In this document: one piece after another, positions 27,683 to 36,836 of the stretch | Layout: every line of letters starts with the position of its first letter | Numbering within the stretch: position 1 is the stretch's first letter | Source of the DNA: a virus | Reading direction: 5' to 3' (one strand) | Length of the DNA stretch: 64,000 nucleotides | Virus record (IMG/VR): IMGVR_UViG_3300032177_000002 | Location: 1 to 64,000 of that record | Notes under the pieces: model-generated | Told to the model about the DNA's origin: nothing | What the model saw: only the letters and a program-made list of their open reading frames with translations | Databases searched by the model: none | Translations under genes and position numbers: made by a program

Positions 27683-30028
27683 CTATAGAAAAACTCTAAA
27701 ATAATCTACAGAGGCCACACATCTATCTGTATAACTAAATAAATTAGAATTTGACCAAAAACATAAACCAAATCTGGTTACCGTTGTTAATGCATTATCA
27801 TTCGTACTTCCATCTGAAGTAGGTACCCAAACAACCCCATCTGGACTTACCCACCCTCTAAATTTAGCTGTAGCCTTATTCCAGGTTATTTTAAGCCATA
27901 TACCACTCGGATCTATAGATTGACCAGATAAGTATACCTCTGACCCAGCATTTATATAACGCATATATGCTACCGGATAACCGCCAGAGTATGGATTACC
28001 ATACCCAGATATAATAAGCCCATCCGGATTTGATGCAGCTGTACCAATAAAAATGCCTATAATAGAATACTTTCCTGTTTCTAAATGACAATTAAAACGA
28101 GAGACAATAGTAAAACTTTGATCCGGTGCTGTCTGAGCTAAAACGTGTGCGTCTGTCCAAAAATTAGCAAATACTCCTGAATCAGGGGCAAAACTTATTT
28201 GTAATCTCCCACTTCCAACAACAGCACTTTCTACTCCAGATGAAGGAGCTCCACCGAATAGCCATAACCATTTTGGGTCAATAGAAGATCCACTAAATTC
28301 ATCATCATAAATAGAAGGTGAAGTTGGGGGATCGTCACCTGGAAATGGATTTGGGGGTATTGTAACAGTAGCTAATTCAACTTTAGTAGCAGCACTATTT
28401 ACTGCTAAATATTTTCCAGCTTTACCGACATACGTTTTAGTAGTTCCATAATCTATAGTTCCTGTATATAAAGTACCAGAAAATGTGCCATGGCTAGCCG
28501 TGTCTTTCCATGTAGCCGGAACTGAATAGGCTACCATAGCGCTAGTCACATAATACAAAGTCTCATCAGCAGGGTCTACGAAACACCAAAACATATCAGA
28601 GGTATCCACACTACTAAAATAAATTGGGTACCACCAACTTTGACCGGTTGCTCCATCGTTATACCAACGTCTCCATTTTGTTACCCCTATTCCAGCAGTA
28701 GTAGCATGAATCTTGTATATGTATTCTCCAGAATAATGGACAAAAGCATGACGTACATTAGCGGAAGGAATTTGCCACTGATTCCAGTCCCCAGAATAGC
28801 CTCCATCTGTTCTATTCCTAGAAGCGATAATTCCTACTGGCCCGCAATCTCTTGCACTTGCAGATGCATTTGCAAAATACACCCCATTCCATGCTTTTAA
28901 AAATGCCCCCGTTGTAGCAGAAGCACTTGTAGTATGTTTTCGTATAGAATCAGTAGTAAAATCAATTTCAATTGTTCCACCACCTGCAGTAGATACCAAC
29001 AATACTCCATTTTTCATTATGGCATGTTTTGGTTCTAACTCTATTGCGCTATTTGTATTTTTTAAAAATCTCATCCATAATAGGTTTGTAGAATAATCAA
29101 CTATGTCTACTCTATCTGTATATGCAGTAATGACGACCTTTTCTGGAAAGTCTGCTCTAGTGCCCCGAAATAATGGATCAGCCGCTTCTCTAAACCAACC
29201 ACTTGTATTATTTACAGTTCCACTATTGATTGTAAATCCAAATACATCTACACGATTTATAACAAAGTTTCCGTCACCTCCAACCCATACGTCAATTCGC
29301 ATGGGTTTACTCATAACTGCTCCACGATCAGTTGCAGTTCTTAATGTTACCCATGCAGATGTAGAATTATTCCAATAATATGTAGTTATAGTTTGCCCAC
29401 CACTTCTAACTAATCGTAATTTCCCATAAGTATCCGTAGTAGAAGCAGATACATAAGACCCCCAAGTGTTATTAGTCAAAATATCTGAATCGTATACATT
29501 ATCATGATGTCTTCTAACATAACACCAGTTCATGTCATCAACTTCTGCCTGCAACATAGGAACACCACCTTCTACACCACCACTCTTACTTAAATTTACA
29601 TAAGAAATTTGAATATCAAAGTTTCCAATCAAACACCATCGAAATCTTGAGCATAGATATTTAGCGACCCATCCACTAATAGGACTTATAGTATTAAATT
29701 TTACATGGTCATCTGAAACAATAGACATAACCGGATTAGTAACGCCAGCAGCTAATCCAGAAGGCTCTATATCTGTCATCCACGTTTTGCCGTTATACAC
29801 ACCCCCAGAACAGAATGACGTGCCATTTAAAGTAGGACCGCACTCAGAACCATTGTAATAATGTTTTCCATTTCTACCAATTCCATAAAGGCCATTTCCT
29901 GGGGTAGGAGAGGCCCATTGTTCTCCTGCGGTATCATAGACAAATATGGAGTTAACTGAACTTTCTATATCTGTTACGTCAGATAAATTTAGTAAATTAT
30001 TACTAAGTTGTGATGGTGATAACGTCAT
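27683..30028 (-). CDS. Receptor-binding/lectin-fold fibre protein, paralog 3 (with ~510-aa insertion)
   Basis: Same N-terminal motif and same C-terminal domain (PSIYDDEF...VDYFRV) as the two downstream genes. Confidence 0.75.
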   Translation of the reverse strand: MTLSPSQLSNNLLNLSDVTDIESSVNSIFVYDTAGEQWASPTPGNGLYGIGRNGKHYYNGSECGPTLNGTSFCSGGVYNGKTWMTDIEPSGLAAGVTNPVMSIVSDDHVKFNTISPISGWVAKYLCSRFRWCLIGNFDIQISYVNLSKSGGVEGGVPMLQAEVDDMNWCYVRRHHDNVYDSDILTNNTWGSYVSASTTDTYGKLRLVRSGGQTITTYYWNNSTSAWVTLRTATDRGAVMSKPMRIDVWVGGDGNFVINRVDVFGFTINSGTVNNTSGWFREAADPLFRGTRADFPEKVVITAYTDRVDIVDYSTNLLWMRFLKNTNSAIELEPKHAIMKNGVLLVSTAGGGTIEIDFTTDSIRKHTTSASATTGAFLKAWNGVYFANASASARDCGPVGIIASRNRTDGGYSGDWNQWQIPSANVRHAFVHYSGEYIYKIHATTAGIGVTKWRRWYNDGATGQSWWYPIYFSSVDTSDMFWCFVDPADETLYYVTSAMVAYSVPATWKDTASHGTFSGTLYTGTIDYGTTKTYVGKAGKYLAVNSAATKVELATVTIPPNPFPGDDPPTSPSIYDDEFSGSSIDPKWLWLFGGAPSSGVESAVVGSGRLQISFAPDSGVFANFWTDAHVLAQTAPDQSFTIVSRFNCHLETGKYSIIGIFIGTAASNPDGLIISGYGNPYSGGYPVAYMRYINAGSEVYLSGQSIDPSGIWLKITWNKATAKFRGWVSPDGVVWVPTSDGSTNDNALTTVTRFGLCFWSNSNLFSYTDRCVASVDYFRVFL

Positions 30029-30031
30029 AAT

Positions 30032-30925
30032 TTATCCGTTCGTCCAATAAATAAACTGATAAAAAGAAGCAGACTCGGACACATACGTTACTGTCTTTGA
30101 TACCGACGTATATTGATACTCATCCACGGTAGCTGGACTTCCAACAACCCATTTAAGTTTTACTCCATTTCTATGTACCTCTATAGCATATCCTGACGGG
30201 CTAGATTTAGCTAATACAGGGGTGTACGATAAAATTTTGGTCGTACTCCCGTCATCTATTTTCGTTTCTTCGGTATAAGCTGCTGAAAATGATGAAAATG
30301 ATGAAAAAGCAACTTTTTTCTTTGTGAACGTATCAGCAGAGTCTTCTAGTAATAACACATCGGCGCTAACTGGAGTAGATTTCAATGCAAATGAATTAAA
30401 ATCTCCTGCAGCTCTCTTTAATTGGTCATCGTTTGTAACACTTCCTAAACTTACTTGCGTCTTTGTGACTAAATGAGGGTTACTTACATTGGTCTCATGT
30501 AGATGCAAAACTGACTCTATAACTCTGATAGTTTTATCTATCAGATACTGCCCCCAATTAAAAGAATAGTCTCCTGGCAAGTATAGTTGGTACCACCTAG
30601 TTTTCACTAATACTTGCTGTTCGCATGCTGCTAGATCTTCTTCTGGATTGCTAGCACCATCTGAATTCGTAGCTATACATTGGAATACATAACCGCCATC
30701 AACAGATCCGGTTATAGTAACGTTAGGATTCTGTGCTGTAGATATTCCGTCTACGAAATTGCCATTTACTCCCTGATCAGCAGTAGACCCGTATGGCACG
30801 GAAAGCATTTCCCATCTCCATGATGATGGAGATCCTGTTGCAGTCGCACCAAGAGTAATTGCTTGAGGGGATGTAGAATAACTTAATTCTATATCTGCGT
30901 TACATGTTACTTGAGGTATAGCCAT
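30032..30925 (-). CDS. Tail fibre protein (short paralog of 23702-25543)
   Basis: MAIPQVTCN..WRWEMLSVPYGS..KTRWYQLYLPGDYS..NPHLVTKTQVSLG. Confidence 0.8.
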   Translation of the reverse strand: MAIPQVTCNADIELSYSTSPQAITLGATATGSPSSWRWEMLSVPYGSTADQGVNGNFVDGISTAQNPNVTITGSVDGGYVFQCIATNSDGASNPEEDLAACEQQVLVKTRWYQLYLPGDYSFNWGQYLIDKTIRVIESVLHLHETNVSNPHLVTKTQVSLGSVTNDDQLKRAAGDFNSFALKSTPVSADVLLLEDSADTFTKKKVAFSSFSSFSAAYTEETKIDDGSTTKILSYTPVLAKSSPSGYAIEVHRNGVKLKWVVGSPATVDEYQYTSVSKTVTYVSESASFYQFIYWTNG

Positions 30926-30964
30926 CCTAGTACCATTCTCCTATAATATTACTCTAGCATCTAC

Positions 30965-33409
30965 TCAAATAGTTTCCTGAATATGAATCGTTATATTAGC
31001 CGCTGTAGATACGGGTAACTCATTTTGTCCTAGTTTCAAGCTTGATGTAGACCCATTTATTAAAAGGCTTGGTACATCAAGGATCCCAGGGCTCACAGCG
31101 TGAATAGCTGTATAGACCCTAGATCTACTTACATATCCTCCAAAGTCCCACACACTCGTTACTCCATCGTCTTCCACTACTAAGGGCTCTAAAAACGCCA
31201 ACAGGGCATTCCTAATTTCTTCCGCTACGCCCCCTGGCCATGTAACCGTTGCGGCAATCGTTATTACTTTTGGCTCATAGTTGAAAACGGTTACCTGATG
31301 GTTTACTACCAAAACGCCGTGTGTAACCGGCGATGCATTCCTATTCCCGTTAAAGTACTGTTCTAATTGCGATTTCTGATTTTGGTTCAGTGTGGTACCC
31401 CCGTTCCCTACCACCATGAGTTTTATGGTCTTCGGACCTAACCCTTCTTCGATAGCCACTGCGCGAGCTACAGGGCGAACCCCAGCAGCATCGATAAACC
31501 GTTTCACCGCATGCAACTCGCAGTCTTCTGCCGTGCTAACAGTATCCCTGGTTCTTAGACTAGCAGGTGCATCCCTCTTTACCCGTTCTATATCTTCTGC
31601 TGTCCCACCATCTTTCATTCTCCAACCGTATGCAGCCCGAGGGTTGTATACTTCTGATACCCCGCTTATCCCGTCTGTATTTGTAGAAATCTCTTTTATA
31701 CCAACATTCCCGTCCACATCGCCACCTACTCTGTATGTAGCACGTATATTGTTTGTTCCACTTATTGGGATTTTACCGTTCGTGCCATCCCCAAAATGGA
31801 TAGTGGCTTTATCTTTTGCATCTGTCTCAATTGTATAGTTCCTGCTGTTTTCTGAACTATTTAGAAAGTTAGCCATTCTGGTCCATGACATCCAACCCCC
31901 ACTTCCTGTTTCATCAATCTCTATTTCATCGCTTTCATCTAAAAACGGCGTCTCAGGCAACGCATAGGATTGGCTTACACTCCCATCACTACCTCCAATT
32001 ACCTGCGGTCCTACTGTTTCTCCTTGTGTCACAAGTACCATCATAAATTGATCACCATGATCAATAGCTAATTCTTCTATTACTGGGAGTGTCACAAGAA
32101 GTGCTTCTGTTACTCTGTATCTCAGCCACCATCCTGGTACTGAATTGACCTCGTAAGAGTTCCAGCTACGTTCTACATCTTGTGGAAAATTATAAGTTAA
32201 CACACCATCTGATCCAAAAGCATTAGATGTGTCTTCTTGGTTATCAAGAGGTACCCAATCCGCTTGTACCAAATAATCATCGCTATTTAATGATGGTATT
32301 ATTTGTCCCAATAACCCAGTTGTTACAACCATATTTTCGCCATCATAAGATGAAACAAGTCGCTCTGATACACCTGTAGCTACATGCGTTACTGTTACAT
32401 CAGCTCCGCTACGATCCAACGTACCTAATAACGAGTTTATATACACGATTAGCAGAGCATACTCATTTGTTTCTACCCTAGTAGGCGCAAACTTGGATAA
32501 AATACCATCGTAGTATTCCCAGCATCCAGATAAAGTACCTGTAGTGCCTGTTGCTACATCAATGTCTACTTGAGCGAATAAGCACTGCGTATGTCCAATG
32601 TATAATGCATCAGAAGCCTCCAAAGTTGCCCACGGCGTATACGTGGATCCTGGGGTATAATTTGCTACAGCAAAATCTTCAGTGAATGCCTTAAGCTTCC
32701 AACTTAGATCTGTTTCTGTTTGGAATCCTGGCGTTCCGTTACCCGGAACTTTTACAACGCGTACCGTATTTTCATCAACAAATTCTGTTACCCTGAACTC
32801 TCCACCATTACTGCCGGTTCCTTTAGGTATAAATAAATGCATAGTTACGGATTCAGCAGCAAATGCGTCCCCGCTAGTCTTTGTAAAAATATCTGGTGCC
32901 GTAGTACTCACAGATCCAACCCCTGACTTAACTGTTTCCAACCCATATACATGGGTTAATCTGTCCGTCCTCGTCAGGCCTATACCACCTACATCCATTA
33001 CTTCATACGTAATAGGTGGAACCGATTCTGTAGAGAATTCAGATAGTTCTGGTATAAACCCAGTTATATCTGCTGTGGTTACCTCTGATAGCTTTACGAG
33101 AAGTTCCGCCTGCGCTGGCGAGGCGCTATTCAATGAAACCCCAATCAGTTTCATCAAGCGTTTCAAGCTCTCCAGCAGCGTAAGCGAATCAATCATCATC
33201 TCTTGGGCTATAATGTCTGTCCTGCAATTATTCAGATGGCCGACTAACGCAAATGCACGTAGAAGTTGTACATGCACTTCGTAATCATTTTCGTCAGTTA
33301 AGCCCATTGCTTCTCTGTTCCTTCGGAAGAAGGTGAGAAGTTCTTTTAATATTTCTGGGTAATAAAAAGATGAAAATTCAACGTCCGGGACGGTTATAAC
33401 CCTGCTCAT
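30965..33409 (-). CDS. Baseplate J/gp47-like wedge protein
   Basis: FGDGTNGKIP, ATYRVGG..GNV, GG.AEDIE..KRDAP..LRTRD..S..DC; probable start 33409. Confidence 0.88.
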   Translation of the reverse strand: MSRVITVPDVEFSSFYYPEILKELLTFFRRNREAMGLTDENDYEVHVQLLRAFALVGHLNNCRTDIIAQEMMIDSLTLLESLKRLMKLIGVSLNSASPAQAELLVKLSEVTTADITGFIPELSEFSTESVPPITYEVMDVGGIGLTRTDRLTHVYGLETVKSGVGSVSTTAPDIFTKTSGDAFAAESVTMHLFIPKGTGSNGGEFRVTEFVDENTVRVVKVPGNGTPGFQTETDLSWKLKAFTEDFAVANYTPGSTYTPWATLEASDALYIGHTQCLFAQVDIDVATGTTGTLSGCWEYYDGILSKFAPTRVETNEYALLIVYINSLLGTLDRSGADVTVTHVATGVSERLVSSYDGENMVVTTGLLGQIIPSLNSDDYLVQADWVPLDNQEDTSNAFGSDGVLTYNFPQDVERSWNSYEVNSVPGWWLRYRVTEALLVTLPVIEELAIDHGDQFMMVLVTQGETVGPQVIGGSDGSVSQSYALPETPFLDESDEIEIDETGSGGWMSWTRMANFLNSSENSRNYTIETDAKDKATIHFGDGTNGKIPISGTNNIRATYRVGGDVDGNVGIKEISTNTDGISGVSEVYNPRAAYGWRMKDGGTAEDIERVKRDAPASLRTRDTVSTAEDCELHAVKRFIDAAGVRPVARAVAIEEGLGPKTIKLMVVGNGGTTLNQNQKSQLEQYFNGNRNASPVTHGVLVVNHQVTVFNYEPKVITIAATVTWPGGVAEEIRNALLAFLEPLVVEDDGVTSVWDFGGYVSRSRVYTAIHAVSPGILDVPSLLINGSTSSLKLGQNELPVSTAANITIHIQETI

Positions 33410-33413
33410 AGCT

Positions 33414-33794
33414 CTAATCTCCAACCGGAGGAATAGGTACTTCTATAAATTTACCTTCCTGCGTTTCCATATTTATGTATTCAACACTCATGTACAATTC
33501 ACCTTCGTCCCCACGTTTGAATTGTACAGCTTCATCTTCAGATTTAAGTTTTGCTAATTGATCCGCTTCAAATAAATCAAATATGCTTATAACTTTTTCT
33601 TTTATACGCCCTGTAGTCATTCCATCGTTAATGCCAAATATCATCCATTCGCCTAATCCAATGGTCTGGAATGGATTTTCACTCTCCATCCCTATTAGAG
33701 CTAACTGTACTAGCTGCTCTATATAAGCATCCCCGTACAACTTTTTAAGCCGCCCATTCTTTGTCACTAGCGGAACTTGAATACCACATGCCAT
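33414..33794 (-). CDS. Baseplate gp25/GPW-like sheath initiator
   Basis: 126 aa between spike and baseplate J; gp25-like pattern. Confidence 0.7.
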   Translation of the reverse strand: MACGIQVPLVTKNGRLKKLYGDAYIEQLVQLALIGMESENPFQTIGLGEWMIFGINDGMTTGRIKEKVISIFDLFEADQLAKLKSEDEAVQFKRGDEGELYMSVEYINMETQEGKFIEVPIPPVGD

Positions 33795-33795
33795 A

Positions 33796-34473
33796 TTAAC
33801 TTGTCCTCGTCGTAGTGCTTAACCATGTAGAAGTACTACCTATTAAAGCAGTTATCTTTGTAATCATAGCCGTCTTGTAAGCACCCCAATTAGGGTCTGT
33901 AAGTGGTGGCGATGCCGCCGTTAAACACGTCTTCCATGCATCCAGAAACGTGGTTACAAAATCAGCAAAGAATTTAGTGCCTTTTAAAACAAAATCTGTC
34001 GGAGTTACATTTAAATCAGTTAACGGCGCGGATATATGAACTTTGGTGCTTGACTTAATTACTATGTTACCACTAGGTTCCATAGTAATAGTGGATCCTG
34101 TTACTCCACTCTTAACAATTACTTCACCCGTCTTATCATCCAATATGATTTGGTTTCCGCCGGCAGTTTCTATACCGCGCCTGTTAGGATAGTTCTTCTT
34201 GAAGTCATTAGGTAACCCCTCACCTTCTGTGATCAGCCTGCCTAGATAACGTACTTCATCCGCAAACTCAGTAATATCATCCCCTCCTGGCATCATCACT
34301 AGTACCGTATCGCCGACCTCAGGCATCGCAAACCAACATCCTGCGGGGAATATAGGCTCAATCCATTCTGGGTACTCATCCCCTCCGATATCTGGTAGAG
34401 CCACCTTAATTGCCCCGCCTTTAGCTGGGTCGTCTATGTTTGAGACGATTGCTAGTGAGCACTCTATTATCAT
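33796..34473 (-). CDS. Baseplate spike (gpV/VgrG OB-fold)
   Basis: IDDPAKGGAIKVALP..W..MPEVGDTVLV, IETAGGNQIILDD. Confidence 0.85.
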   Translation of the reverse strand: MIIECSLAIVSNIDDPAKGGAIKVALPDIGGDEYPEWIEPIFPAGCWFAMPEVGDTVLVMMPGGDDITEFADEVRYLGRLITEGEGLPNDFKKNYPNRRGIETAGGNQIILDDKTGEVIVKSGVTGSTITMEPSGNIVIKSSTKVHISAPLTDLNVTPTDFVLKGTKFFADFVTTFLDAWKTCLTAASPPLTDPNWGAYKTAMITKITALIGSTSTWLSTTTRTS

Positions 34474-36074
34474 GGCGTCCTACCTTCTATCTTTCCCCCT
34501 CCGGATACAAGTGGCCGTTTCTTTGACTTAACACCTGTTTTTGATGCAGCTTTTCGTCTGGATACTTCTTGCGATAACACTTTGTATGCCACAAACTCAC
34601 ATACGTATGGGCTACCTGCTTCCATCTTGTATTTGCACTGGGTTAACCTGTACAAGCCATCGCATCTAGCACTCATACCAAGAAATTCGTGTATTTGCCT
34701 AGGCCTAATAGGCTCCGCTCCTACTATTACTTTCCCTTTCAATACTAAAAAGTCTCTCTCCCGTTCCTTAAGCCATTGGCTAACAAATTTCTCGGCATCT
34801 TTCTGATTTCTAAATGGTCTGCTAGCTACTGCCTCTAATGACTGTCCGAACGCTGTAAAACGCACCCTAGCCCCTTGGCTTATAGTTTTCTTTGCTGAAA
34901 AGTTACCAGTAGAAACTGTACTAAAATTTACACCTTCTCCTTTGGAGGAATCTTCTATAGACGTTATTTCAATAGTTCTTTTTGATTTATCAAAATATAA
35001 AACTTCTACTGCATTTGGCTGTTCCGTAATAGCAAATTCTATTTCCCAGGATAATAAACTTCTGTCATTTCCATTGTAGGAAAACGAATAGTATGCTTCC
35101 CCGTAATCCTGCTTAGATTTAAAATAAACTACCCAATTATTTTTACCATAATCATATCCTACCCATAAATCAAATCTATTTATAGTAGCTAATTTTTGTA
35201 AAAATTGCCAATCTGTTTGATGAGACGTTTGAATTCTTGATGGCGATGAGCTTTTCTTACGTTTTGTAACGCCTGGGGGTAAAGGAACTACTTCAATACA
35301 AGTTCCTGTAGCGCAATTGTACTTTTTAATTTCAGGTTGATTCTGTACTTGTGGCATGTTAAATGCCGGAGTTTGACTAGGCATATTATTTTTACTTTTA
35401 GATCCTGTACCCCCCTTTGCTTGCACACTTTTATCTACAGGATCACAATCTGCTAAGTACCCATATTTTGCAGCTACTTTTTTAACTATCTGATCATCTG
35501 GCATACTAGTATATACATGCTTTAATTTTTGTGGCCTACCACGTTGCCCACCACCTTTACCTTTTTTACCAGCGGATTCTCCTCCACTATGTTTGGATAC
35601 ATTTACTGGCTTCTTCCCTTTTGCAGCTCTTTCTCGTACAGGTTGTTTTAATACGAACTGGTTACCGAGCATCATTTTATGTCGGCCATCATACCCTTTT
35701 ATAGTAAACTTATTAGTGCCTTGGCTGTCACCTGAAGGCATCCATTTTACTATTTCTGTTCTACCCATGTATACAGTTTTACCGGCATACCCCATAAATA
35801 AATCTATCCCATTACCTTCTTGAAATGCTTTGCAATCGATTACTTCTTTCCAGTCTATAGGTTTACCAGGATCAAAACTAGGATGATTAACAACAGTCAG
35901 CTCGAATAAAGTAGCCATCGCCTCATCTTCTTCATAACTAACTCCTGCTATTAGTGGGCGGATAGCATTAAATAATGGTGTTGCCGCGCTTGCGTTTTTC
36001 CCTTCAATGACTATATCAAATTGTGGAGCTAGCTCATCCCCGAAACCTAAATCTGAATTAGGTTGTATTGGCAT
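34470..36074 (-). CDS. Baseplate hub (phage late control D / gp27-like)
   Basis: FELTV.N, LFMGY, TIKGYD, QTDWQFLQKLA, GLYRLTQCKY. Confidence 0.8.
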   Translation of the reverse strand: MPIQPNSDLGFGDELAPQFDIVIEGKNASAATPLFNAIRPLIAGVSYEEDEAMATLFELTVVNHPSFDPGKPIDWKEVIDCKAFQEGNGIDLFMGYAGKTVYMGRTEIVKWMPSGDSQGTNKFTIKGYDGRHKMMLGNQFVLKQPVRERAAKGKKPVNVSKHSGGESAGKKGKGGGQRGRPQKLKHVYTSMPDDQIVKKVAAKYGYLADCDPVDKSVQAKGGTGSKSKNNMPSQTPAFNMPQVQNQPEIKKYNCATGTCIEVVPLPPGVTKRKKSSSPSRIQTSHQTDWQFLQKLATINRFDLWVGYDYGKNNWVVYFKSKQDYGEAYYSFSYNGNDRSLLSWEIEFAITEQPNAVEVLYFDKSKRTIEITSIEDSSKGEGVNFSTVSTGNFSAKKTISQGARVRFTAFGQSLEAVASRPFRNQKDAEKFVSQWLKERERDFLVLKGKVIVGAEPIRPRQIHEFLGMSARCDGLYRLTQCKYKMEAGSPYVCEFVAYKVLSQEVSRRKAASKTGVKSKKRPLVSGGGKIEGRTP

Positions 36075-36835
36075 TAAATTACAACTTTTCTTAAAGACCG
36101 CCTATCAACAAGCAATCTGAAAGACTCTGTTGCATCCATATCAGTAAAACTGAATGCATGGTAATCAGGTTGTACTACTTCCTTTAAAATTATTGATCTA
36201 GATGGAACATCAACTTTTGATCCTACAATAGGTTGCATTGGCATATGAGGGTGACGCTTTCTTAATCTATCTCCTGCCATAACAGAACCATAAAATCTCT
36301 TTGCAATTTGTTCATATGACGCTTCTAGTGATGATACTACTAAGTAGTAACTCTCTTTTGCTAAGCTTTTTGGATTTATTTGTGTTCTAGAAAACTGTAC
36401 GTATTCTCGTAATGTTATATCTACTGTTATATGCCTAGGATTACCTGGGGCATAAATAGATTCATCCATAATACCATCTATAACTACATCTACATTTTCT
36501 AGTTGGCATATTAAATTAAATGCACCGTATTCAAAATTACATATAGGCGGTCTACCCAGATCTTTACTTGTATGAGTCATGCGCACAAGTGCATAAAATT
36601 TCTTAGTTATATCATCATCCTCAGTTTCAGCAAAAAAAGCAGACGAAAATTGTATTGTTTGAGCTTTAGTCCCAACCCAATTTGATACAGGACTTGTACC
36701 AAATCTCTGTATGTCTACATATTCTCCTCCGTATGAGATCTTTATACCATCAGGTGATATATCATATGGCGGTATAAATAATTCATCTGTATCAATATTA
36801 CGTATACTCCAATCAGATCCATGTTTACTGGACAT
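36074..36835 (-). CDS. Tail tube initiator (gpU-like + LysM/gpX-like)
   Basis: Probable start 36835 after GGAGG; RPPICNFEYG, P.HITVDITLREY, YEQIAKRFYG. Confidence 0.75.
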   Translation of the reverse strand: MSSKHGSDWSIRNIDTDELFIPPYDISPDGIKISYGGEYVDIQRFGTSPVSNWVGTKAQTIQFSSAFFAETEDDDITKKFYALVRMTHTSKDLGRPPICNFEYGAFNLICQLENVDVVIDGIMDESIYAPGNPRHITVDITLREYVQFSRTQINPKSLAKESYYLVVSSLEASYEQIAKRFYGSVMAGDRLRKRHPHMPMQPIVGSKVDVPSRSIILKEVVQPDYHAFSFTDMDATESFRLLVDRRSLRKVVI

Positions 36836-36836
36836 A

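Noticed and set aside
28445-29971. Intein or intron in the 781-aa fibre
   Set aside because: No C/S start, no HN end, no homing-endonuclease motifs; the frame is uninterrupted
23702-30028. Diversity-generating retroelement (TR/VR pairs) or invertible shufflon
   Set aside because: Differences between the repeated segments are not adenine-restricted (e.g. AGG/CGT, TTA/CTT), all copies are coding and co-oriented, and no reverse transcriptase or invertase is in the window
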